Origin: a virus
Strand: one strand, 5' to 3'
Length of the DNA stretch: 64,000 bases
IMG/VR virus record: IMGVR_UViG_3300022752_000023
Span: 32,001-96,000 of that record
The notes beneath the pieces were generated by a model. That model did not search any database, had not been told where the DNA came from, and saw nothing but the letters and a program-made list of their open reading frames with translations. The position numbers and the translations under genes were made by a program. Of this stretch, positions 1 through 8,085 are shown in pieces (positions within the stretch are counted from its first letter, which is position 1; each line of letters opens with the position of its first letter).

Positions 1-302
1 TCGTGAAGCGCGTAGTGGCTGCGCAGCTGATTATCGGCTTGCGGCGTCAAAATCGTCCGCCGCCAATCGTTTCTGGGTTCGCCCATGACGATCGGACACC
101 AGTCGATTTTTTTGACGTCCGTGTGATGCCTATTGGCGATCTTGGCCGCGTAGCGCATACACGACAGCCAAGCGGACGGTAAAAACATAACGCGCTGGCT
201 CGGGTCGCGATCAAAGCAAAAAATGACTTGGCCGTGCCGCCTCTTTTTTGCCGCGCCAAGACACACACGGTTGAACCGGATTTTGATAGTTATTTCTTGC
301 AT
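1..302 (-). CDS. Partial ORF (runs off the left edge), putative RAMP-superfamily (Cas7/Csm3-like) protein
   Basis: Manual translation from the ATG at 302: MQEITIKIRFNRVCLGAAKKRRHGQVIFCFDRDPSQRVMFLPSAWLSCMRYAAKIA...HYALH(E/D), with no stop before base 1. It starts 2 nt after the upstream stop. The strand ending in LG and the RD-x4-hxhPS-x4-hR pattern resemble the first two RAMP motifs. Confidence 0.5.
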   Translation of the reverse strand, partial: MQEITIKIRFNRVCLGAAKKRRHGQVIFCFDRDPSQRVMFLPSAWLSCMRYAAKIANRHHTDVKKIDWCPIVMGEPRNDWRRTILTPQADNQLRSHYALH

Positions 303-303
303 G

Positions 304-1245
304 TCACGGCTGCTTCTTGCTCATATGCTCTGCGTACGCTGCGCGCTCAGTCGGCGTCTTGAAAAACATGTTAGGCGCGAACAACCCGTCTTTCGCACCA
401 CGACGCATCTCAAGACCATCAAGCCAGTTGTACCGCAAATAACGCACAAACGCCTGCGAGGCGCGCAGATCACCTTTAGTGCCGCCGCGGACGGCTTTGT
501 GAATGCGGTATAAAAAGTTTGCCGGATTTTGCAGATCAACTTCCGCCGGGTCGACAGTTTTCCACGCACGTAAAACATTTGCGCAGCGCAGTTCTCGACT
601 TTTGTGTAGCAAGCGCGTAGGCGTAGATACGTACTCCTGCACTTGTGGCGTTAAGCCTAAAAACAGTTCGAGCTTTGCCGCCCGGTCGGGTGCTTTTCGG
701 TCAACGTACCAGCGCGGATCAACAATAGTAGCCAGTAGCTGCGCCGCGACCTCTTCGGACAACGTCGGTATGAACATCAGCGCCTTGTGCGCCGGGTGCA
801 TACGAAAATACGTTTTTGCCGCGTCGTCAAAAACGAAGTTTGCTCGCTGCAGCCGACCGAGCATGGCGTACGTCGGATAGTCGTGCACGGAGAGTTTGTG
901 CCACCCGCCGGCCGCCGGCGCAACGTCTACGCTGCGCATCCGGCGCAGCACAATCTGCGGGTCATAAATGTCGTCTGCCGTGTGTAAAATATTCGGCCCG
1001 GCCACCTCGACGCGATTGATCTCGTTTTTGTAATGCCGCAGATACAGCGCAGAAATTAGCTCTGCGTTTTGCGGCAAACCCAGCACACGAACCTGCACAC
1101 CCATGCCATTAAGAACCGGAGAAAGTAAAAACGAATCTAACAGCTGATCAGAGTTTGTTGCCGGGCCGATGCCGACTGAAAACCAGATCCGCCCATCTGT
1201 GTGCGTGTGCAGTTTGATTACGTTTTCATCAACTACGCTGTACAT
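304..1245 (-). CDS. IS110-transposase/Nop5/Tas-like protein, apparently lacking the DEDD catalytic residues
   Basis: LMFIPTLSEEVAAQLLATIVDPRWY...KLELFLGLTP matches the IS110 C-terminal/Nop pattern LxxIPGhGxxxAAxhhAxIGDxxRF...LxxYxGLxP. The N-terminal part has RNase H-like strand/helix spacing (VRVLG...VEVAGP...DIYDP). Confidence 0.55.
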   Translation of the reverse strand: MYSVVDENVIKLHTHTDGRIWFSVGIGPATNSDQLLDSFLLSPVLNGMGVQVRVLGLPQNAELISALYLRHYKNEINRVEVAGPNILHTADDIYDPQIVLRRMRSVDVAPAAGGWHKLSVHDYPTYAMLGRLQRANFVFDDAAKTYFRMHPAHKALMFIPTLSEEVAAQLLATIVDPRWYVDRKAPDRAAKLELFLGLTPQVQEYVSTPTRLLHKSRELRCANVLRAWKTVDPAEVDLQNPANFLYRIHKAVRGGTKGDLRASQAFVRYLRYNWLDGLEMRRGAKDGLFAPNMFFKTPTERAAYAEHMSKKQP

Positions 1246-3382
1246 GCCGTAACTCCGGGGCCTCTAGTTCAATTGCCGATTCAAACAAATGCGACAGATT
1301 GATTGCGTGCGTAACCAGCAAGCACTGCAAGCCTTTCGCGGTAGACAACTCGCGTAATTTTTCAAGAACCGGCGCTAAAGCCTGAATACGCGGCTGATCC
1401 AAAGACGCGGTCGGCTCATCCAAGGCGAGGAGCCCGATTTCTTCTGCAAACATGGCGTTGACGGCGACGCGAAACGCAAGTGCCAAGACCGTCTTCTGCC
1501 CGACAGATAATCGTTGAGCGACTTGTCTTCGCCCGTCGAAGAACTCGGCAATAAAGGTTGGTGTTCCATCCGCGGCTACCTTGATAACAAAGTTAACTCG
1601 AAACACCTGCAGCAGCTCGTTAATCGCGGACTCTAACCGCTGTAAGTTGCGTTGCGCTACGAGTCGCGGCGCGTTCTTTAACGCCTCTCGCGCCTTCTCG
1701 GCAACGCCCGACCAACTCCGTAATTTTTTAGCGCGCTCCTCTTGCTGCCGAACATCCGCTGCCTGCTCATCTAGTCGTTTCTTCTCAAACAAAATTTGCG
1801 CGCGCTGATCTGATAAACCCGTCCGCGTCTTCAACTGCGATTGCAGCTGTTGCAGCCGTGTCTGCGCCATATGTGCGTCCGCCTGCGTTGTCGAAATTTG
1901 CGCTAGATCGTCCTCTAGTTGTTTTTTACGCGCACGTAAAGCCTCAATGGCGCCATTCACCTGCGCCCGCTCTTCGCGAGCTTTCTGCGCTAACGGCTCA
2001 ATCTCTTTTTTAACGCGCTGAAATTCTTCGTAGTCGACGACCGCCTGTTGTAACTCGTCCTCGCTTAGATCTGGCGGTTTTACGGCCAGTAAATCTTTTT
2101 CCGCTGCGTCAAGCTGCTGCTCCTTCGCTTCGCGCGCTTTCTGCCGTTTTTCCCAATCCTGCCACACACCCTCTTTAAACGCCTGACGGCTAGCGGCATT
2201 TTTCAATTCCGCCAGCTCTTCTTCCATTTTAATAAGATCTGCTTTGTATTGTTCAACCTGCGCGGCAAGTTGAGACGACGGCGTGTGGCACGTCGGGCAT
2301 TCGGCTACGCCCTCCGATGAAAACATATCAATAAAACGCTTCGCTTCTTTAATGCGCTGCTCACGCGAGTGTTGATCGCGCCGCATCTCTTCGGCTGTGG
2401 GCTGTCCGGGCTTTTCAGGTTGCTGGTCTTTCTCTCGCTCGGCGGCGAGTTGCGCGCGAGTAAGCTGAAAGTTTTCCTTGGCTTTGGCAACGCTCTTGTA
2501 GCTGGCCCAGTGCCCCAGCGCGACTCTCGCCGCAGCGTGCGACTCTTCTTGCCCGTTTGCCGCGGCCGTCAGCGCGAGCAAGTCAGCGTCGTACTGCGCC
2601 GACGCGTTTACAAGATCGTCTAACTTTTTCTGCTGCTGCTCCAGTTGCTGTTCGAGCTTGGCCAGCTCACTGGCGCCGCGGTCACGTGCTTCCCACTGCT
2701 GAATCGTCGTCTGGTCGGCCCGCATAAGCGACACAATGTCATCAGGATTTGGCAGTTGCGCAATTTGAGTAGACAACTCGGCCGCCTGCTGTGCCGCAGC
2801 GGCAGCCTGCGTCGCTATTTCGTCCGCGGTTTGAACAATTTCAGGAATGTTTAACTTTGATAGAGACTTGCCAATCACGTCTTGACATTTGTCCGCGCGA
2901 GCAGTGTTAAACAATCGCTGAAAAAACTTATCTGTGTCAGTTTGATTGTCGTCGATAAACGAAAAAATCTCGGTCTGCGCGACGATGATAAACCGACTAA
3001 TAAATTTGGCGTCGACACCAAGCAACTTTTCTATGCCGGCAGTTACGCTCTTATCGCCGCGGCCGATTTCTTTACCATCAACTACCAACGTCGCCTGCTC
3101 CTTTTCGGGCAGCAGGTGCCGCGTCACGACGGCGATATGGCCGTTGTGCTCAAATTCCAGCGTGGCGTACGCCGGTTCGCCTTCGCGGGCATATTGCGAA
3201 ATGTTGTCGGCTTTCACGCCGAAGTTTGGATTCTCGCCGGTCAGCAGCCACCGAATCGCGCCGAATAAGCTGCTCTTGCCAGAACCGTTTTCGCCGAGAA
3301 TCGCTACCAGCCCGCGGGTAAACTCACACACTCGATAGCGGTGGTGTACCCAATTCTTCACTTCTAGTCGCAAGAGCTGCAT
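1229..3382 (-). CDS. sbcC: Rad50/SbcC-like SMC ATPase (T4 gp46-like recombination nuclease subunit)
   Basis: Walker A GENGSGKSS, long coiled coil, central CPTC zinc hook, signature LSVGQK, Walker B/D-loop LALDEPTASLD and H-loop LVTH. Confidence 0.93.
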   Translation of the reverse strand: MQLLRLEVKNWVHHRYRVCEFTRGLVAILGENGSGKSSLFGAIRWLLTGENPNFGVKADNISQYAREGEPAYATLEFEHNGHIAVVTRHLLPEKEQATLVVDGKEIGRGDKSVTAGIEKLLGVDAKFISRFIIVAQTEIFSFIDDNQTDTDKFFQRLFNTARADKCQDVIGKSLSKLNIPEIVQTADEIATQAAAAAQQAAELSTQIAQLPNPDDIVSLMRADQTTIQQWEARDRGASELAKLEQQLEQQQKKLDDLVNASAQYDADLLALTAAANGQEESHAAARVALGHWASYKSVAKAKENFQLTRAQLAAEREKDQQPEKPGQPTAEEMRRDQHSREQRIKEAKRFIDMFSSEGVAECPTCHTPSSQLAAQVEQYKADLIKMEEELAELKNAASRQAFKEGVWQDWEKRQKAREAKEQQLDAAEKDLLAVKPPDLSEDELQQAVVDYEEFQRVKKEIEPLAQKAREERAQVNGAIEALRARKKQLEDDLAQISTTQADAHMAQTRLQQLQSQLKTRTGLSDQRAQILFEKKRLDEQAADVRQQEERAKKLRSWSGVAEKAREALKNAPRLVAQRNLQRLESAINELLQVFRVNFVIKVAADGTPTFIAEFFDGRRQVAQRLSVGQKTVLALAFRVAVNAMFAEEIGLLALDEPTASLDQPRIQALAPVLEKLRELSTAKGLQCLLVTHAINLSHLFESAIELEAPELRHVQRS

Positions 3383-4496
3383 CGTTAGGTTCTCCTGTCA
3401 TGTATTTTGAAAACTGTACATCAAGCTCTTTGTTTGCGTCTTCAGCTGCAAGCAACGCCGCAGCCAGCTTATAAGCGTCAGTGCCGGCGCCTAGTAAATC
3501 ACCGAGCGCCGACAGTAAATCATTTTTGGCAACATCACGTGTGCTCGCGCGTTTGTCGCCGTCGTCCTTGTTTGTCAGCGCCTCACAAAATACGTGGGCC
3601 GACTCGCCAAGCGCGGTGACGAGGCGGATGTACGCGTCAGGTAGCTGTTTGTTGAACTTGACGCGCACAATCGGCTTAGCAATCTCGGCAGGCAGCTCGG
3701 CAAACTCGCACATATCTTTGATGTCGCGCTCAAACTGCCCGGCACACAAGCTATCCAGCAACTCCTGCTCGCGCACGCTGTAGTTGATAAACCGGCGTGT
3801 CTTAAGCGGTACCGGCCAAAACTCAAAGCCGCCGTCGTGCGTGTCGTTGATTACAAAGAAAAACTTTGACGGATCTTCGCCGCAATCTTGCATGCAGATA
3901 GAACCGGGCGACAGCATTCGAATCGGCTTCCCCTGCGCGTTGGTGCTTTCCACGGTTTTAGTGACGTGAAAGTCGCCAGCCAACACGGTCTGAACATGAT
4001 GCACGTCAGTCAACTCGCATTCGGTGCGGCCGACGTTGCCCATGAAATCTTTCCAGACTTGATGCACGATTAAAATATCTGTGTCAGCCGGAACTTCTTT
4101 GAACGCGGTCTGAATCTCTCCGCGCGGAAGCCAGTCGAGCCCGTATACGCGAACGCCATTGATGGTCACAGTTTGTTTGTGAATGTGTCGTGACCATTTG
4201 TGTACGCTCAACCACGGCGCATTCCGATCATACTCGTGATTGCCTTGAATATAGTAAACATCCAAGTTTGCGACCTGCATCCGACTCAGTCCGTTGCACA
4301 GTTGCGCAATTGGTCGCGCGGAGTTGCTTTTCTTTTCCAAAACATCGCCGCCAAGAATCAGCGGCAGCCGATGTTCGACGCAGTAGTCAATAATCTGATT
4401 GAAGCTGTAATACGCGTCGCCATAAATGCCGGGACGCGTTGACCATGCGCCGTCTTCGAGATGCAGGTCGGCGGTAAAAACGAAAAGAGGTTTCAC
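3324..4496 (-). CDS. sbcD: Mre11/SbcD-like metallophosphoesterase nuclease (T4 gp47-like)
   Basis: Motifs ADLH, GGD, GNHE, HQ and GDFH, then PGS. It lies next to sbcC. Confidence 0.92.
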   Translation of the reverse strand: MKPLFVFTADLHLEDGAWSTRPGIYGDAYYSFNQIIDYCVEHRLPLILGGDVLEKKSNSARPIAQLCNGLSRMQVANLDVYYIQGNHEYDRNAPWLSVHKWSRHIHKQTVTINGVRVYGLDWLPRGEIQTAFKEVPADTDILIVHQVWKDFMGNVGRTECELTDVHHVQTVLAGDFHVTKTVESTNAQGKPIRMLSPGSICMQDCGEDPSKFFFVINDTHDGGFEFWPVPLKTRRFINYSVREQELLDSLCAGQFERDIKDMCEFAELPAEIAKPIVRVKFNKQLPDAYIRLVTALGESAHVFCEALTNKDDGDKRASTRDVAKNDLLSALGDLLGAGTDAYKLAAALLAAEDANKELDVQFSKYMTGEPNDAALATRSEELGTPPLSSV

Positions 4497-4505
4497 GCGC
4501 TGCTC

Positions 4506-5120
4506 CTAATCTTCATCTTCTTCGTAGTCATAATCTTCGTCGTCATCAAAATACTCATCTTCGTCGTATTGCTTGGTGTAGTTTTTAGTTCCGTACGGTA
4601 ATTGCCAGTACGGATTGACCGGCGTGTCAGTCATGTCTGCGCCGTAGTCAAACGGTTTAAATAGCTTTATCAGCGTAGCGATATACGATCCGATGATTTT
4701 TGGCAGTTTATTAACGTCTATCGACTGAATCGTGTGCGTCATTTCTTTCCACGACTCAGGCTCGCCGCTGAAAAATCCGTCGTCTTTCTTTTTGCCTTTT
4801 GGCGTTGTCGTAACGACTTTGAAAAACGAAAGCGTAAACAGCTCCGCCAGCTGCGCGGTTGACGGCGCCGGTAGGCTGAGCGCCTTTGGCGGCAGACGAT
4901 GTTTTTTCTGCAGAGCTAAAAGCTCTGTATCAAAGTCTGCATGCATTTCCTGCAGGGCTCGCGCCGTTCGCGCAGCGGCAACAATCTCTTTGATGCCGAA
5001 ATTGTCTGGATTCATCAGCTCCAGAACGGACCAGAGCAGGTGGTAGTCGCGTTTCATCGCGGCTACGTACGTCCGAATAAAGTGCTGCTCAGTTTTAGAG
5101 ATATTATTCGGATTGAACAT
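4506..5120 (-). CDS. Hypothetical protein with acidic C-terminal tail
   Basis: 204-aa ORF collinear with neighbours, ending in DEDEYFDDDEDYDYEEDED. Confidence 0.7.
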   Translation of the reverse strand: MFNPNNISKTEQHFIRTYVAAMKRDYHLLWSVLELMNPDNFGIKEIVAAARTARALQEMHADFDTELLALQKKHRLPPKALSLPAPSTAQLAELFTLSFFKVVTTTPKGKKKDDGFFSGEPESWKEMTHTIQSIDVNKLPKIIGSYIATLIKLFKPFDYGADMTDTPVNPYWQLPYGTKNYTKQYDEDEYFDDDEDYDYEEDED

Positions 5121-5154
5121 GCGGCAGCCTTGATTACACGCACGTAACTTTAAA

Positions 5155-5391
5155 TCATTCGCCGTCGGGCGGCGGATTGTCGATCACTTTTGCAATAATA
5201 CCATCTCGCTCAAGATCTTGCAGCAATGGTTCGAGCCGCCGCAGATAACCGCACAACATCGACATCCAGTTGACAAGTTCTTCCGGCTCACGCTTTAAAA
5301 ACTTCTCTTTCAGTTCATCTTCTGTAAGGTGCTCAACTTCTACGTTTTTCCATTTGCCGTCGCGTTCTACGCGCAGATAAGCGCCAGTCAT
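5155..5391 (-). CDS. Small hypothetical phage protein
   Basis: MTGAYLRVERDGKW...; the start overlaps the upstream stop (ATGA). Confidence 0.7.
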   Translation of the reverse strand: MTGAYLRVERDGKWKNVEVEHLTEDELKEKFLKREPEELVNWMSMLCGYLRRLEPLLQDLERDGIIAKVIDNPPPDGE

Positions 5392-5621
5392 GTGCAAGAC
5401 TCCGAAGAAACACACCCGTCTAATTTGAACACCGCCTTAAAAGTATCAAACGCCTTATCGGCGCGCATGCGTGTCATAGAGGCAATACCGATCAAAACAT
5501 TTGCAACGTCGTCAATGTCGATGTCTTCTTTTTCCAAAATACGCTCGACAACGATATCAAGGTCGTCTGCCGTGTTGTGGAGATTTGTGATATCCGTTTC
5601 TAATTGAAAGCGATCAGCCAT
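5388..5621 (-). CDS. Small hypothetical phage protein
   Basis: MADRFQLETDI... with a GGAG Shine-Dalgarno upstream. Confidence 0.7.
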   Translation of the reverse strand: MADRFQLETDITNLHNTADDLDIVVERILEKEDIDIDDVANVLIGIASMTRMRADKAFDTFKAVFKLDGCVSSESCT

Positions 5622-5674
5622 GATTAACTCCAAGTAAACAAAATTAGTCCGCAGCTCAACCGTCAGCCTCCGAA

Positions 5675-5750
5675 TAGCCGGGGTGAGATTCGAACTCACG
5701 ATCTCTAGCTTATGAGGCTAGCGAGGACGACCAAACTCCTCTACCCGGCG
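5675..5750 (-). tRNA. tRNA with CAT anticodon (Met; partial initiator features)
   Basis: Cloverleaf with acceptor CGCCGGG/CCCGGCT (position 1:72 unpaired), D stem GAGG/CCTC (A11:U24), anticodon arm CTAGC-CTCATAA-GCTAG and T arm GTGAG-TTCGAAT-CTCAC. CCA is not encoded. Confidence 0.92.
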
Positions 5751-5763
5751 TCTTTAGTCAAAA

Positions 5764-6297
5764 CTACATAAAAGTAGTTCGAAACGGTTTGTGTTTTATA
5801 TTGTTGCCGCGTGGTATTTCAGAAAACTGGCGACCAACAAATTTTAACCACTTGTGCACAGCGCCAACGGGAATAGAGTGCACAAGTGACACGCAATCCA
5901 TATACACGCGCTGGGAGCGCGGCGTGTTTAATTTTGTTGTTGCGTACTCCATAGCTTGATCTTCATGGTGCACAAAAAATTCCAATAAATCTCCGCCGGG
6001 GACTAAACATTTCCAGTAATCAGCACGATGCTCTAAATATTTGTCTTCATCTACGGCAAAGGCCCCAAAAATAGAGTCCAGCGTTGTATCATCGTTTGAA
6101 TATTGTTCTGCGTCTTCAAATGCCACGGCAGTTTTTGTGTAACGATACTCACACATGTTGCACGTATCGTAAAACAACACAACCTCATCGCAATTTACAA
6201 GAACAGTCAAAAATTCATCGACAGTATATCTATACGCACTACTTTTTAAATCACGAGGTACTTTTTCGCCCGTAGTTTTAGTTTTTTGTTTCGTCAT
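5764..6297 (-). CDS. Hypothetical protein, AT-richer gene between two tRNAs
   Basis: ORF from MTKQK...; visibly lower GC than the flanks. Confidence 0.65.
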   Translation of the reverse strand: MTKQKTKTTGEKVPRDLKSSAYRYTVDEFLTVLVNCDEVVLFYDTCNMCEYRYTKTAVAFEDAEQYSNDDTTLDSIFGAFAVDEDKYLEHRADYWKCLVPGGDLLEFFVHHEDQAMEYATTKLNTPRSQRVYMDCVSLVHSIPVGAVHKWLKFVGRQFSEIPRGNNIKHKPFRTTFM

Positions 6298-6395
6298 AAT
6301 GCCGGGTTGAGATTTAAACCTAGTCAAAAATTTTGTGTTAATAACAACATTTGTCCAAACTGCCACAGTCAAACATCGACATTTGCTGGTCGAAA

Positions 6396-6466
6396 TTCGG
6401 GGACTAGGATTCGAACCTAGAATAATCCGTCCAAAGCGGATTGTGATACCATTTCACCATCCCCGA
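6396..6466 (-). tRNA. tRNA-Gln(TTG)
   Basis: Acceptor TCGGGGA/TCCCCGA, anticodon arm ATCCG-CTTTGGA-CGGAT and T arm CTAGG-TTCGAAT-CCTAG. Confidence 0.93.
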
Positions 6467-6477
6467 GCCGCGCATTG

Positions 6478-6640
6478 AATCCCTTCATTTACGTATCTTC
6501 TGGCGCACACCTCGGATACCGTCATGACAAGCGTCGCCAGCTCGTGGTTATGACCCACTCACGGTTTGGGTGCCGGACCGTCGGATGATTGCAACGGCTT
6601 TAGCGACCAACTGGGGCACCGGCATGCCCACCGGGATATC
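6478..6640 (-). ncRNA. Candidate structured ncRNA (~160 nt) directly upstream of tRNA-Gln
   Basis: ORF-free, with multiple helices: ATCCC/GGGAT closing, GGTGCC/GGCACC, GCCGT/ACGGT, GTGG/CCAC, CTGGCG/CGCCAG, and a possible GTATC/GATAC pseudoknot. Confidence 0.45.
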
Positions 6641-6918
6641 TAGTCTTCTTTGGTTGTTGCGTTGTCCGTAAAACTAACAAACTCGCCGCCGTCGTCGTTA
6701 AAGATTAAACCGGGTTCGCCGCCGTCTAATCCCTGTGCCGCGCGCGTCGCATACTTTTTCAGTAAGTTGTAAATCTTGGCGCCGCGACGATCGCCAAATT
6801 TGATGCAGAGCAACGCTTCTACCGTCAAATACTCTTCGTATCCCTCTTCGACGTCGTCCTCTTCGTACGGGTTCTCGTCGTCAATAAACCCGCCAAAATC
6901 AAAATTTTCGTTTTGCAT
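6640..6918 (-). CDS. Small acidic hypothetical protein
   Basis: 92-aa ORF with a D/E-rich N-terminus and a GAGG Shine-Dalgarno. Confidence 0.7.
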   Translation of the reverse strand: MQNENFDFGGFIDDENPYEEDDVEEGYEEYLTVEALLCIKFGDRRGAKIYNLLKKYATRAAQGLDGGEPGLIFNDDGGEFVSFTDNATTKED

Positions 6919-6927
6919 AGTATCGCC

Positions 6928-8085
6928 TCAATAAATAACAGTCAATGAAACAACGCAATCGGTTAGCGGAAACAGATAAACACCACGAGCTGAAAACTGT
7001 CGTGGGCGCTCCAATCGCATTACGACGCGGCCGGAGTGCAGCAACGTAGCCACAACATAAGACCCGGTTGACGAGACTGCCGCGTCGATTGAGATAACAT
7101 AATCGGTGTCCGGGACTGGCACCTGAATAGACGCGCCGTGCGCGCCTGTTGCGCCTGTGATTCCGAGCGTAGCAGCTTCTTTTGCGCCGTCAATAACGCG
7201 CTCTAACGACGCGACATCGTCTCGAAGCACGACCGCATAGTGCGCTGGTTTTGTAAACTCGCCTAGATAGCCCGAACGCTCAATCTGTTTGCGCTGCGCT
7301 TCGCTGATCACAGCGGCAATCTCTAGATGCCGCGCAGCGATACTGACATACGCCAGTAACGCCGGGCAGATTGACGCGTAATCTTCTGCAGTGTTGGTGC
7401 CAGTGACCGAAGGAGCAGACCGCGGAGAAACAGGAAAAAACTCGCCCGTTTCCAACAGCAAAAAATGCGTGTTCGTACCGTTGTCGAAAGACATGCCGCG
7501 ATAAGCCGGGCCAACCTCGCCGCTTGGTAATTTGTCACGAAAACTGACGAGGCTGGCCGATAATGCCGAAGCCATTGTGTCCGTAAACTGTGCCGGATTA
7601 AACACGCGCGCAAGCATACGCTCGTTGTAAATCTCTGGAGCACTTGGGTTCACAGTTTGAGTATTTTTGTAAGACTCGGCAACCTCGGCGATTACGGCGT
7701 CAAAGATATCTTGCGCCGGCACGTCTGGATCCGCGAGGCCGTTTTCCACCAAATCGGCAAATAGCGTCAGCGCGGCAACCAAAACGCCAGCCGTATCTTT
7801 TGCTTCCGCGCCGTATTGTTTGGCGATCGCCGGGCCGCGGCCGAGAACCGCCTGCGTGATCGAAAAAGGTACGGCGCCCCAGTTAATGTTTCCGGTCGTT
7901 TGCGCTAGTTGGCTGAGCGCTTTGAAAAACGCCGGATTTTTTGTCGGCAGCTGCGCTTGGCGAAAAAGTTCAAGCGTGCACGCCAGTAGTTTTAGCGCGC
8001 TGTGATCATCAGCGGCTTTGAATTTACCCAGAAACTCCCGAATAAGACTCGACGGTTTTTGTAATTTGTCCACTGAATACTCCAT
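6928..8085 (-). CDS. Hypothetical protein (385 aa)
   Basis: Long ORF collinear with the operon; no recognised motif. Confidence 0.75.
   Translation of the reverse strand: MEYSVDKLQKPSSLIREFLGKFKAADDHSALKLLACTLELFRQAQLPTKNPAFFKALSQLAQTTGNINWGAVPFSITQAVLGRGPAIAKQYGAEAKDTAGVLVAALTLFADLVENGLADPDVPAQDIFDAVIAEVAESYKNTQTVNPSAPEIYNERMLARVFNPAQFTDTMASALSASLVSFRDKLPSGEVGPAYRGMSFDNGTNTHFLLLETGEFFPVSPRSAPSVTGTNTAEDYASICPALLAYVSIAARHLEIAAVISEAQRKQIERSGYLGEFTKPAHYAVVLRDDVASLERVIDGAKEAATLGITGATGAHGASIQVPVPDTDYVISIDAAVSSTGSYVVATLLHSGRVVMRLERPRQFSARGVYLFPLTDCVVSLTVIY

Noticed and set aside
304-1245. Active IS110 insertion sequence
   Set aside because: The ORF overlaps or abuts its neighbours, leaving no room for noncoding ends or a bridge RNA, and the catalytic residues are not evident.
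5388-5699. Extended N-terminus of the ORF as given in the track
   Set aside because: The extension overlaps tRNA-Met, and the Shine-Dalgarno supports a start at 5621.
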